Source: an uncultured Thermoplasmata archaeon (lineage in GTDB: Archaea; Thermoplasmatota; Thermoplasmata; UBA10834). Taken from it: a stretch of DNA of 64,000 bases. Positions 52,401-61,429 of the stretch are shown piece by piece. The stretch spans positions 160,001-224,000 of the forward strand of contig CAVRDX010000004.1 in assembly GCA_963719945.1 (NCBI GenBank), given 5' to 3'. The position numbers and the translations under genes were made by a program. The first letter of the stretch is position 1, and every line of letters begins with the position of its first letter. The notes under the pieces were generated by a model. The model was given only the letters and a program-made list of their open reading frames with translations, was not told the origin of the DNA and did not search any database.

Positions 52401-52529
52401 GTCGCCCATAAGTCCCGTCTGGAGACGGAAACGCATGCGAAAACCTACTCGAAGTCCACCTCGCTCCAAGATGCCAAGAAGTGGACGGTCAACAAGATGC
52501 CGCTCGAGCTTGTGGTCAGGAGACTCTGA
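49437..52529 (+). CDS. ileS: Isoleucyl-tRNA synthetase-like protein (archaeal/type 2) with degenerate HIGH and KMSKS motifs
   Basis: GPP, GWDCHGLPVE, CWRC.TPLIY, DWAVSR.RYWG, DCWYDSG, QTRGWF, SNWYVRRSRRRFW; HFGD and KMRNV replace HIGH and KMSKS. Confidence 0.9.
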   Translation: MKKYYREPAGETFSGIEEEVLSLWGQESMLLKVKERMRDGAPLYFCEGPPTAKSPPHFGDALTRAVKDAFLRFHIMNGRQVLPYIGGWDCHGLPVELEVERSLGLGSKADIERYGIEPFNSRCRESVLRYKGDWEEMSRRVGYWIDFENAYMTMSNEYIESVWWSVKQLHSKGLLVKDKQVVPYCPRCGTTLSTHEVALGFGEVETRYVVARFRIDELDASALVYTETPWTLVANALLAVDGNQRYVLMESSGERLLLSEPSSKVWLPSCKVLRTFSGTELVGLSYVPPFNYSGRPGDSFKIVHSDEVTKEEGTGIMHVCPACSSIDFEIAAAEGLELFDPIDETASFTQEIPELAGKLVTDSSTDVIRMLEGSGSLFKWGLMKRSSPFCWRCQTPLIYKLRDAWLIKASDVKDEMSRLNQKIRWVPETFRDLRFGNFIADAKDWAVSRSRYWGTPLPIWRCTEGHEYCVGSVQELRDSSESPVPDGSDLHRPFVDAVTLRCPQCGRSMKREEFVLDCWYDSGCAPFAQYHYPFENKDVFDSHRSLDFISESVEQTRGWFYTQHVLSTLLFDAPAFTSVLVMGNVLGADGKKMRNVHKNTVSPSEVFSSVGADASRLYLLGSPTWESVQFSEEDVRKTMVGTLKTLLNVYAFYASNANAYGYTGQEAGTKTHDLDTWILSRLNTTIVEARNGFDDLEVHRAVNSVREFVEDLSNWYVRRSRRRFWVESDPLDRFSAHSTLHECLTILSRIMAPITPFFADWLYRNLKGAKGSVHLEDYPIANEEHSNKPLELQMAIVRRAVEAGRLARQNANIKLRQPLEEVVIAASNDDVWTLRRYEKMISEELNVRSVKCIESRESMVEYTISANLRTLGPRFKEGAEEVSKLLEMVDGSELVRHLKTKGRLRLGGYDLYEEDVIISETQKSGYTHASMDDMHVYFSTKMNAKLKMDGLAREVIRRVQHMRKEQGLAFDDLVVVEYSAHPDIEAAIVAHKSRLETETHAKTYSKSTSLQDAKKWTVNKMPLELVVRRL

Positions 52530-52998
52530 CCTTCTTCTTCGGTCCCTTGGATATCGATTTCTCCATCAGGTATGCGTGCTTCTTGGCGCCGTAATAATCC
52601 TTCACCATGGTCTTCAGGACATACCCGTGTTTGAGGTATAGGTTGATGGCTGCGGTATTCTCTATGCCGACCTCGAGGCCACTCTTCCGAACCCCTAGGA
52701 TCGCCATCCTCTTCTCGCATTCAATCAAGAGGCGCGAACCAAGCCCCTTCTCGCGTCTGCCATCCATGACTGCTACGGAAGCTATGCGTCCTTCCCCGCA
52801 CCTCTTCGAGAACATGCACATGGCCGCCCCTATGATCGCCCGTTCGTCGACAGCGACCAACGCTATGGTATCGTTCCTGACGACGAATGCGGTGACGGTC
52901 TCCTGCTCGAACCGTCTCTCATCGAAACATTCCGCCTCCAAGCGCATGATGCCTGGCAGGTCCTTCATGGTGGCGACCCTAACCTTCACAGACGGCAT
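52516..52998 (-). CDS. RimI-like GNAT N-acetyltransferase
   Basis: IASVAV...R.KGLG, LEV...N..AI.LY.KHGY, DYY. Confidence 0.88.
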   Translation of the reverse strand: MPSVKVRVATMKDLPGIMRLEAECFDERRFEQETVTAFVVRNDTIALVAVDERAIIGAAMCMFSKRCGEGRIASVAVMDGRREKGLGSRLLIECEKRMAILGVRKSGLEVGIENTAAINLYLKHGYVLKTMVKDYYGAKKHAYLMEKSISKGPKKKVRVS

Positions 52999-53071
52999 AC
53001 GACGCCGCCATGATATGTTCGTTGCGCTTCATCCGAAGGGCTTATATTCGCCATGAGACTTCAGCATCTGG

Positions 53072-54361
53072 ATGGTCCCGATAAAGAACGCCGTCTCAAA
53101 AGAAATGGTGGGCAAGAACGTCCAGGTACGTGGATGGATCTACCGCACCAGGAGCAGCGGCGGAATAGCGTTCATAGTCATGCGCGATTCGACAGGCATA
53201 GTCCAGGTTACCGTCAAGAAGGGTTCTGTCCCGGACGAGGACTTCGTCTCAGCCACCGATAGCGGTATCGAATCCTCGGCAGTAGTCGAGGGCACAGTCG
53301 CGGAGGACAAGCGCGCACCAGGTGGTTACGAGATACGCGCGAGCCGATTCATTCTAGTGGGCAAGGCTGAACCATTCCCGATCACGGAATATCAAAGCAC
53401 CGAGCTTCTTCTGGATCTGAGACACCTATGGATAAGATCCAGGGAACAGACCGCGATCATGAGGATCAAGGATTCACTTCTAAGAGGGGCACGCAACTGG
53501 TTCCATGAGAACGATTACACTGAAGTAACGCCCCCTATCATCACAGGGGTCGCTCCGGAAGATAGTACCACCCTGTTCCAGATGAAATACTTCGACAGGA
53601 TAGCATATCTATCACAGAGTGCACAGTTCTACCTGGAATCGCTCATATTCTCGTGCGACAAGGTCTGGGCTCTCACTCCATCTTTCAGGGCGGAGAAGTC
53701 GAGGACTCCCAGACATCTGGCGGAATTTTGGCACCTTGAGATGGAAGCGGCCTGGCTTACAAACGAAGAGAACATGCAGGTGCAGGAGCAGATGGTGACC
53801 GCCATGCTGCACAATGCGGCTGATGAATGTCCCAGCGAGCTCGCGATGTTCAAGCGTGACCCCGCAGCCCTGAAGAAGATCGTGCCACCGTTCGAAAGAA
53901 TGCCCTATGGAGAGGCTATGCAGTACCTGCAGGGCAAAGGGTTCGACATGTCATGGGGAGACGACCTAGGCGCAGTCGAGGAGCGCGAGCTTACAAAGGA
54001 CCGCACCATCCCGATGTTCGTGGTGAACTATCCGAAGGAGCTCAAGCCGTTCTACATGAAGGAGAACCCGGACGACCCGCGCACATACAAGAATAGCGAC
54101 TTGCTGGCGCCGGAAGGCTTCGGCGAGATAATCGGCGGCAGCGAGAGGGAGACGGACAACGCACTCATTCTCGAGAGACTGCGCGAGAAGGGCGAGCCCT
54201 TGGAGAACTACAGTTGGTATCTGGATCTCAGAAGGTATGGGTCGGTCCCACACTCTGGGTTCGGTCTGGGAACGGAGAGGATCGTGACATGGATATGCGG
54301 TCTGGACCATATCCGCGACGCGATACCATTCCCGCGCACGGTCTCTAGGGTGTTCCCCTAG
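53072..54361 (+). CDS. asnS: Asparaginyl-tRNA synthetase
   Basis: OB fold (RGW..R), YLSQSAQ.YLE, FRAEKSRT.RHL.EFW, GGSERE, YGSVPHSGFGLG. Confidence 0.93.
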   Translation: MVPIKNAVSKEMVGKNVQVRGWIYRTRSSGGIAFIVMRDSTGIVQVTVKKGSVPDEDFVSATDSGIESSAVVEGTVAEDKRAPGGYEIRASRFILVGKAEPFPITEYQSTELLLDLRHLWIRSREQTAIMRIKDSLLRGARNWFHENDYTEVTPPIITGVAPEDSTTLFQMKYFDRIAYLSQSAQFYLESLIFSCDKVWALTPSFRAEKSRTPRHLAEFWHLEMEAAWLTNEENMQVQEQMVTAMLHNAADECPSELAMFKRDPAALKKIVPPFERMPYGEAMQYLQGKGFDMSWGDDLGAVEERELTKDRTIPMFVVNYPKELKPFYMKENPDDPRTYKNSDLLAPEGFGEIIGGSERETDNALILERLREKGEPLENYSWYLDLRRYGSVPHSGFGLGTERIVTWICGLDHIRDAIPFPRTVSRVFP

Positions 54362-54373
54362 GACACCCTCAGG

Positions 54374-55438
54374 TCAGAGTCCGGCCATCTTGGCACAGTA
54401 ATCTACATAGATCCTTGCAGCTTTCGCAACATCCTCGACCTTGATCCATTCATCCGGGATATGACACGATGTCGGGTCGCCGGGTCCACATATCATGAGC
54501 TTGTCATTCGCTGACTTGAACATCACCATCTCAGTGGCGTAGGGCACCGCGAGCACCTTCGTATCCGGCCCTATGATCTCCTTGAGGATCGTGACAGCTT
54601 CTATCGAGGGATCAGTTCCGACAGGGTCGAGTTCGTGAAGTATCTTGATCTGGTATCCGTCATCGCCTATCCTCTTACGTACCTCGCTGAGCACTGCCGA
54701 TGTGTTCATTTCCGGTGGATATCTGACATCCACCTCGACGGTGCACTCTGCCGGTATCACGTTCGTCGCCGTGCCTCCTCTTATGACGTCCACGGTGAGG
54801 GTCATGTGCTCGACCGGGTCCTCAGGGGGCACCTGGAGGTCCTTCATCTTGTGCAGCAGGTCAACCATCTTCACGATCGCATTCTCACCAAGAGCTGGCA
54901 TGCTCGCATGGGCAGACTTGCCAAGCGTGCTGATCTCGAACTGCACGAGCCCTTTCTCCCGGATTACGATGTCGAAGTCAGTGGCCTCGGTGACCACAAC
55001 CGCCGGAGCGTTCTTCACCGCGGGGTCGACCGAAGCAGCCGCCGCACCAGCCATCGAAGATTCCTCGTCCGTCGTAAAACACAGCGAGAACGGTATCTTC
55101 GCCTTGACCATCTCCTCTGCTGCTAGCAGCATGGCAACACAGCCACCCTTCATGTCTCCTGTGCCGCGACCGTAGAGGATGCCGTCGATCATCTCTCCCT
55201 GCTTCTTCGTCCATCCAGTGCCTATGGGGACGGTATCGAGATGTCCTGACAACATCACACCGTCCTCCATGAACTGGCCTATCATCGCAGGGGTGTCTTT
55301 GGAACCGTAGTTCCTGATATGCATCCCCAGCTCCTTCATCACCTTCGTCACATAGTCCGCGACGGGCTGTAGGGGCTCGTTCTCCGCTGATCTGATCAGT
55401 ACTAGTTCTGTGAGCATCTTCTCCGCTTTGCTTATCAA
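54374..55438 (-). CDS. M20 family metallopeptidase (ArgE/DapE-like)
   Basis: SGHLDTVP, GRGTGDMKG, DEE, G.SAHAS.P, CGPG, H..DE. Confidence 0.9.
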   Translation of the reverse strand: MISKAEKMLTELVLIRSAENEPLQPVADYVTKVMKELGMHIRNYGSKDTPAMIGQFMEDGVMLSGHLDTVPIGTGWTKKQGEMIDGILYGRGTGDMKGGCVAMLLAAEEMVKAKIPFSLCFTTDEESSMAGAAAASVDPAVKNAPAVVVTEATDFDIVIREKGLVQFEISTLGKSAHASMPALGENAIVKMVDLLHKMKDLQVPPEDPVEHMTLTVDVIRGGTATNVIPAECTVEVDVRYPPEMNTSAVLSEVRKRIGDDGYQIKILHELDPVGTDPSIEAVTILKEIIGPDTKVLAVPYATEMVMFKSANDKLMICGPGDPTSCHIPDEWIKVEDVAKAARIYVDYCAKMAGL

Positions 55439-55442
55439 AGTA

Positions 55443-56480
55443 TCACCGTGTCTTCTTGCCCGCAATCCGTTCGGATATCGCGACGATGAGTTTGGACAGG
55501 TTCTGCAGGTCCTTCAGGCTGGCGCACTCGGTCGGAGAATGCGTGTACCTCATCGGTATCCCCAGTGGCATCATGAGCGCGCCGAAATCCTGCATGACCG
55601 CACCATCCGTGGCCCCTCCACCCGTGCCGTATTGCAGGGGTATCTTCTTCTCCTTGGCGATCCCCTCTATCATCTTGCGCAACTTGGGGGATGCGATGGC
55701 CGCGTGGTCGAGCATCCTCAGCGCAGGTCCGCTTCCGAGCAATATCCTCTCATAGGCGTCGCCCTGCATCGGCCCGTCCGTGGTCGTCATCGTGTCGACG
55801 GCGAAGACATAGTCGGGCCTCATGGAGAAACCGACGACCTTGGCTCCCTTGAGCCCTATCTCCTCTTGCACGCTCCAGACGAATATGAGCTTGACTGGCA
55901 GCTTCCTCTTCCTGAGGATTTCTATCGCATCCAAGAGGACGGCGCAACCGGCGCGGTTGTCTATGCCGCGCGCGCAGACGATGTCGTTTCCGATATACGA
56001 GACGTCTTTCTTGAATACCATCGGGTCCAGGACCCTTATCCCGAGCTTCTCGGTCTCTTTCCTGCTCCTAGTGCCGACATCTACCCTTACCTCCTCCCAG
56101 CTGACGACCTTCTTCTTGTCGTCGCTCTCGGTCATCAGATGGGGCGGTTTCAGGCCCAGCACTCCGTTGACGGTCCCTTTCTCCGTCTTGATTTCGACTA
56201 CCCTGCCTACGAGCGTGCGGTCGTCTATCCCGCCCAGCTTGCGTATCCTGAGGGATCCGTCGTTCTCCAATTTGCTGACGATTAGCCCAAGTTCGTCCAT
56301 GTGCGCAATGAGCACTACCTTGGGACCGGTGTCCCCGACCGTGCAGATCAGGTTCCCTATGTTGTCCTCTTCGGTCTTCAGCCCCATAGCCTCGACCTTG
56401 GACCTGATGAACTCCCTTATCTCGTCCTCGAACCCGGACACTCCGGGCACATGGATCATCTCTTCCAGTAGCTCCTTCAT
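55443..56480 (-). CDS. M42 (TET) aminopeptidase
   Basis: AHMDE, DNRAG, QEEIG, G.TD, RYTHS. Confidence 0.93.
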   Translation of the reverse strand: MKELLEEMIHVPGVSGFEDEIREFIRSKVEAMGLKTEEDNIGNLICTVGDTGPKVVLIAHMDELGLIVSKLENDGSLRIRKLGGIDDRTLVGRVVEIKTEKGTVNGVLGLKPPHLMTESDDKKKVVSWEEVRVDVGTRSRKETEKLGIRVLDPMVFKKDVSYIGNDIVCARGIDNRAGCAVLLDAIEILRKRKLPVKLIFVWSVQEEIGLKGAKVVGFSMRPDYVFAVDTMTTTDGPMQGDAYERILLGSGPALRMLDHAAIASPKLRKMIEGIAKEKKIPLQYGTGGGATDGAVMQDFGALMMPLGIPMRYTHSPTECASLKDLQNLSKLIVAISERIAGKKTR

Positions 56481-56481
56481 T

Positions 56482-57633
56482 CTAAACCCCCTTGACGAAC
56501 GGTGGTCTGACCACCTCTGCGGGGACGAACGTGTCCCGCACCTTTATCTCGACCTTAGTGCCAATCTTGGACATTCCGACGGGCACATATCCCATGGCGA
56601 TGCCCTTCCTGAGCACCGGGGACATCGTGCCGCTCGTGACCTTGCCTACCTTGCTCCCATCAATCATGATGTCGTAACCGTGTCTGGGTATACCCTTGTC
56701 CGTGACCATCATGCAGACCAGCTTGTCATACTCCTTGGACGCTCGCTGCTCCTCCAGCACGTTCTTGCCAAGGAAATCGTGCTTCCAATCGACTACCCAG
56801 GATGGTCCAGTCTGGAGGCTCGTCTGAGTCCCCTCGAAATCAGTGCCAGACAACAACAGCGCCTTCTCGAGTCTGAGCGTGTCCCTCGCGCCCAGACCGA
56901 TCGGCTCGATGCCGAACGCCTTGCCCTTTTCGAGCACCGCTTTCCAGACATCGACGGCGTCCGCATTCTCGCATATTATCTCGAATCCGTCCTCTCCAGT
57001 GTAACCGGTCCTTGAGACGAGCGCCTTTATCCCGTCCCCTGGACCGTTGCGATAGACCCTCCCCTTCAGGAGTTCCGTCTTTGGCTCCGAGCCACGAGCC
57101 TTGATGCGGTCCAGCCGCGCGAAGGCCGCCCAGAAGAAGCCGACCTTCGACAGGTCGACAGTGGTCAAGCTCGCGAGCACATCCTTAGCAGTCGGTCCCT
57201 GGACGGCGATGGCTGCCAGGTCCATTGACATGTCGACGAGCTCCTGATTCCGGAGATGGCTCTCGACCCACTTCCTCATCTTCGAGGTCGTCGCAGCGTT
57301 CGGTACCATGAAATATTCATCAGGCCCCAGAGGCGAGGCGATCGTGTCGTCCAGGATGTGGCCATGTTCGTCCAGCAGATGTGAGTAGACGCATTTGCCC
57401 TGAGGCGCCCTTCGGACATCGTTCGTCATGAGGGTGTCGATGAGATCTCCGGCACCCTCACCTCTGATTATGAAATCCCCCATGTGGGACACATCGAATG
57501 CACCACATGCTTTTCGGACGGTCAAGTGCTCCTCGATGATCGACCTGTACTGGATGGGCATCTCCCATCCCGCGAACCAGACCATCTTCCCTCCGAGCGC
57601 GACATGTTCTCCGTGAAGAGGCGTCCTGTTCAT
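56482..57633 (-). CDS. gcvT: Glycine cleavage system aminomethyltransferase T
   Basis: FAGWEMP, FDVSHMG, SRTGYTGEDGFE, GLGARDTLRLE, VTSGTMSP. Confidence 0.95.
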   Translation of the reverse strand: MNRTPLHGEHVALGGKMVWFAGWEMPIQYRSIIEEHLTVRKACGAFDVSHMGDFIIRGEGAGDLIDTLMTNDVRRAPQGKCVYSHLLDEHGHILDDTIASPLGPDEYFMVPNAATTSKMRKWVESHLRNQELVDMSMDLAAIAVQGPTAKDVLASLTTVDLSKVGFFWAAFARLDRIKARGSEPKTELLKGRVYRNGPGDGIKALVSRTGYTGEDGFEIICENADAVDVWKAVLEKGKAFGIEPIGLGARDTLRLEKALLLSGTDFEGTQTSLQTGPSWVVDWKHDFLGKNVLEEQRASKEYDKLVCMMVTDKGIPRHGYDIMIDGSKVGKVTSGTMSPVLRKGIAMGYVPVGMSKIGTKVEIKVRDTFVPAEVVRPPFVKGV

Positions 57634-57701
57634 GCAACGGAATCGGACTAGTTATGCAAAAGCTTTGGGAACATAAGCAAAAGAATCGCCAGATAAACGG
57701 C

Positions 57702-58271
57702 TCAACGATACTGGTCGATCAGCTTCATCATATCCTTCTCGAGGCCGACGCTCATGGCTGGAGCCTCGATCACTTCCACGTTCCTCTCAAGAAGTGCCAG
57801 CTCCTTCTCGCTGAAGGCGTCTGGGCTTATCGGTATCAGGACCACTGACTTGCTCTGCATGACCTGCTCGTTTATGTGCTCGGCGAACCTGAGCACCTGC
57901 TGGAATCCGTTGTTGATCACCAGGTACTCGAGCCCGTCGATGATGACGACGCACTTCTCGTACCTCTCGATGAACGAGGAGATCATGGTCGCGAGCGTGC
58001 CTATGCTGGTCGGGTTGTGATGGTCCTTTCCCGGGGTGTGGCTCAACCACAGGATGCGCGTATCGCCCAGATCGAAAGCCTCTTTGACCTTCTCAGGGTA
58101 CTGACGGGTGACGCATAATCCCGGAATGCTGTCAGAAATCGCGTTCTCAAACAGTTTGTAGGATAGGAAAGGCTTCCGCTCCCTGACTACGTAACACATT
58201 CCCGCTTCGGGACGGATCAGCTCCATCTGGTTCGAGATCTTCTCTTCCGAACCGATGTCCTTATCCTCCAC
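57702..58271 (-). CDS. Stand-alone DUF835 domain protein
   Basis: GLCVTRQYP, LWLS, PT.I, IIDGLEYL...NGF, LALLER. Confidence 0.88.
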   Translation of the reverse strand: MEDKDIGSEEKISNQMELIRPEAGMCYVVRERKPFLSYKLFENAISDSIPGLCVTRQYPEKVKEAFDLGDTRILWLSHTPGKDHHNPTSIGTLATMISSFIERYEKCVVIIDGLEYLVINNGFQQVLRFAEHINEQVMQSKSVVLIPISPDAFSEKELALLERNVEVIEAPAMSVGLEKDMMKLIDQYR

Positions 58272-58348
58272 GATGTCTGTGACTGAAACGGCCCTATTTA
58301 TATATTGCCATTTCCCGTAATATAACTGTCCAGTAATCGTCAGATAGA

Positions 58349-59509
58349 TTAATCTAGCATTTGTGTGACTTTCTGCTGAAGAACCTTGGCCGGGATGTCT
58401 AGAAGTGTTATGACCGTGGTCTTTCCCGATATTCCTGGGCCGCTCTTCTTGGCGCTTACGATGCCTAGCGTATCAAGGTCCTTCATCAATGTCCAGAACG
58501 CGGTGTGTGCTCGCGGCTTCTCGTCGTACTCCTCGCACGCGACGCTGTAGGCGGATTCCGCATCCTTGGTGGTTATGTACGCTTTGCCCTTGGACGCCCT
58601 GGCTATCCCCAGGAGTGCGAGTTTCTGATGCTTCTCGAGGACGCTCAGCTTCGATTCTGTTATGGAGCTGTAAGCCTCGGCCTTCGCGCCTCTCACGTGC
58701 TCCACGTTGATCATGCCCTGCCCTTCCTCATCCGCCAGCATGCCAGCTTTCTCCAGGATCTCGATGGCGAATCTGGCATCACCCCATTCGGAGGACACCT
58801 CCGCCATGAGGTCAATGGAATCATCGTCCACCGAGCCTTCGTGCAGCGCGAGTTCGGTCCTCTGGGCTATTATGTCCCTCAGTTCCTCGCAGGAGTATTT
58901 CCCGAACTCGACCACATTGGTCCGCTTGAATGTGCTGGCAGATGCCGAATCGATCATATCGAAGATGTTCTTCTGCGATATCAGTATGACCGACACGAGC
59001 GGTCTCGAGTCGACCTTCTCCTCTCCGAACCGCGTGAGTTTGTAGATTATGTCTGGGCCAGCCTTCTTCAGAAGCACGTCCGCCTCATCGAGTGCCACGA
59101 CCAGGTGTACCTTGCGCTTCTCGAGGTCCTTCCTCAGGATCCTGAGCATCTCAGTTATGCTGAAACCTCTGTCGGGGAAGTTGGGCTGGAAGTGGTTGAC
59201 TATCTGTAGGACCACCGCGGATTCGCTGTTCCTCTGCCTGCAGTTGACGATGGTCCAATCGATCGCCACCTGCTTCTTCTCGCCATGCTCCTTGAGGTCC
59301 ATGCAGAATCTCTTGGCAGTGGCCGTCTTGCCAGTGCCAACGCTGCCCGTCAGCACGGCGTTCTGCGAGGAATTCTCCTCGATCACGGGCCTGAAGAGCA
59401 TGACCAGCTTCCGCATTTGCGTCTCTCTGTGCACGAGTTTGGGCGGGACGTAGTCGAACGACAGAGTACGTTGATCCTTGAAGACGCTCTTACCAATAGA
59501 TTCCCACAT
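58349..59509 (-). CDS. cdc6: Orc1/Cdc6 replication initiator
   Basis: LSFDYVP..L.HRE, GSVGTGKT, VNC, ALDEAD, GDARFA, C-terminal wHTH. Confidence 0.94.
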   Translation of the reverse strand: MWESIGKSVFKDQRTLSFDYVPPKLVHRETQMRKLVMLFRPVIEENSSQNAVLTGSVGTGKTATAKRFCMDLKEHGEKKQVAIDWTIVNCRQRNSESAVVLQIVNHFQPNFPDRGFSITEMLRILRKDLEKRKVHLVVALDEADVLLKKAGPDIIYKLTRFGEEKVDSRPLVSVILISQKNIFDMIDSASASTFKRTNVVEFGKYSCEELRDIIAQRTELALHEGSVDDDSIDLMAEVSSEWGDARFAIEILEKAGMLADEEGQGMINVEHVRGAKAEAYSSITESKLSVLEKHQKLALLGIARASKGKAYITTKDAESAYSVACEEYDEKPRAHTAFWTLMKDLDTLGIVSAKKSGPGISGKTTVITLLDIPAKVLQQKVTQMLD

Positions 59510-59627
59510 CTGACTCAGCCTGAGGACTTGGCTGGCTATCTACTTCGCCGTATTTTAAAGGATTCGCGTCCATGTCGCCCGGGGAAATGATTTTATGTCA
59601 TTACGCCGGTCGAAGGGCGGTGTGAGG

Positions 59628-59975
59628 ATGGCTTCGGAAGAGGATATCATCAGTTCGGTGTTGAAGAGCACGAAATCCCTGTTGCAGTCGGAGACGCTCA
59701 TCGTCGATGCTGTCCAGGAGCTCGTGAAGGACGAGATCAAGAGGCACATGAGGGAGAGGCTCGACGCGGACCCTGCCTTGAGGGCGGAGCTGAAGAAAGC
59801 CATCGAGGAGATGCTCGAGGCGAAGCTCCACGAGGCATACGCCCTGCTGAAGATCGGCAAGTGCGGTGCCAAGCTCGGCATCTCCATGGTGCCTCCCGAG
59901 ATGCGGAAGGAGATAGGGCACGAGCTGGCGTCGATATTCGAGAAGGAAATGTCGAAGATTCTCGAACAGGATTGA
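59628..59975 (+). CDS. Hypothetical helical protein
   Basis: GGTGTGAGG SD-like site; divergent from cdc6. Confidence 0.75.
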   Translation: MASEEDIISSVLKSTKSLLQSETLIVDAVQELVKDEIKRHMRERLDADPALRAELKKAIEEMLEAKLHEAYALLKIGKCGAKLGISMVPPEMRKEIGHELASIFEKEMSKILEQD

Positions 59976-60093
59976 GAAAATCAGACGTTCGCACAGCTGT
60001 GACTCTGCCTGATATAGGATAATGACCCATCCAAATTGGATGGATTAAGGGATTCAAATAAGAGGTTTGAAAGAACAGTGGTGAAGGGGGGTT

Positions 60094-60399
60094 TCAGCCG
60101 AAGAGCGCGCTAAGACCAGCTGCTGCCTCTTCCTCAGAGACTCCCTTTTCCTCTTTCTCTTCTTTCTTTTCTTCCTTCTTGTCGGCGGGTCCAGCAGCTG
60201 GTGCCGCAGCGGCCATTGGTGCAGCGACTGCAGTTGCGATCGCTTCGTCTATGTTGACACCATCGAGGGCCGCGGTCAATGCCTTGACGCGTGTCGCGTC
60301 TGGCGTGACACCGGCGGCCTTCAGGACGCTTGTTATGTTCTCTTCGGTCACCGGCTTCTTCGCCGCGTGCAGGACCATCGCGCTGTACACATACTCCAT
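60094..60399 (-). CDS. rpl12p: Ribosomal stalk protein P1/L12
   Basis: [10 protein letters not shown], Ala-rich hinge, GLSALFG. Confidence 0.97.
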   Translation of the reverse strand: MEYVYSAMVLHAAKKPVTEENITSVLKAAGVTPDATRVKALTAALDGVNIDEAIATAVAAPMAAAAPAAGPADKKEEKKEEKEEKGVSEEEAAAGLSALFG

Positions 60400-60420
60400 T
60401 CTTCTGCCTCCTTACATCGA

Positions 60421-61428
60421 TTATCCGAATAGTGCCCCGAGGCCGGCCGCAGCCTCATCCTCAGAGACCTTCTCTTCCTTCTTGTCCTCTTTCTTCTCCT
60501 TCTTGCCATCATCGGACTTCGGCTCTGATGGCTTAGGGGCTGCGCTCAGTATGCCCTTGAGCTCGTCGTCCAACCCCTCAGTGGGGACCTTGGACGCGAG
60601 GGACAACATCTGGGCGTTCGCCTTCGACAACATGAGCTTGATAGTCTCCTCATTCGCTATGTTCGCGTTGACTGCGAGGTTCAACGCGTTCATATGTGCC
60701 TTCGAAAGCATCGGTCTGATAGATACCGTAGTCGGGAAGGATACGAAGACTGCCAGGTTGAGGGCGCCGGCCGCAGCCTGCTTCACCATTGAAAGGTATG
60801 CCTCATCATCGATCGCGAGGACGTCCTTGCCGTATACAATACCGTTCTCGAATGCTGCGTGGAGATCGAGGCCCACAGTCATTGGGTATATCTCCAGCTT
60901 CGAGAGGACGAGTGCGACATCCCTGGATATCGTCTCGCCCTTCTTCACCAGTACCTTGTCCTTCTTGATGACCACTTTCCCCTGCTCGATTGCCGCAGGA
61001 AGTCCTGCCTTCTGCAGGTCTCCCACGATCGGGCCGGGCTTGAATGGCGTGTCGCCAGCCTTGATCTCGATGTCCTCTGGGGATATCTCCCCTCCCTTCG
61101 CGGGCATCTTGGTCTTGGTGGCGTCCAACTGCTTGAACAATTTGAATGGATTGAGTGAGGATATGACTACCGCGCACTGTCCGTCGACAGCATCGGTGAG
61201 CTTTTCGACCCCCTTGATCTGCTTCCCCACATCCTGCAGGGCCAGCTTCATCAAGGAGTTCTTGAGCATCATTATCTCGGCCGAGTCACGCAGGTTCGCC
61301 CTGATCGTCTGGAAAGCAGGCGCGGGAACCCCGTGTATGTCGACCACGCCGATGACCTTGCCCTTTGCTATCCTGGCGGATAGTTCGGCGACGGCCTGCT
61401 TCTTCTGACCTGCAACGTGCGCCGTCAT
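60421..61428 (-). CDS. rplP0: Ribosomal protein uL10/P0
   Basis: NPFKLF, GDTPFKPGP, GLGALFG. Confidence 0.96.
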   Translation of the reverse strand: MTAHVAGQKKQAVAELSARIAKGKVIGVVDIHGVPAPAFQTIRANLRDSAEIMMLKNSLMKLALQDVGKQIKGVEKLTDAVDGQCAVVISSLNPFKLFKQLDATKTKMPAKGGEISPEDIEIKAGDTPFKPGPIVGDLQKAGLPAAIEQGKVVIKKDKVLVKKGETISRDVALVLSKLEIYPMTVGLDLHAAFENGIVYGKDVLAIDDEAYLSMVKQAAAGALNLAVFVSFPTTVSIRPMLSKAHMNALNLAVNANIANEETIKLMLSKANAQMLSLASKVPTEGLDDELKGILSAAPKPSEPKSDDGKKEKKEDKKEEKVSEDEAAAGLGALFG

Positions 61429-61429
61429 C

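Noticed and set aside
57030-57125. Short insertion in GcvT before SRTGYTGE
   Set aside because: It falls in a variable region with no intein or intron hallmarks.
58272-60093. Replication origin next to orc1/cdc6
   Set aside because: Flanking intergenic regions are short and lack repeated ORB-like boxes or a long AT-rich unwinding element; the CCATCCAA-A-TTGGATGG palindrome near 60027 sits between convergent genes and fits a terminator better.
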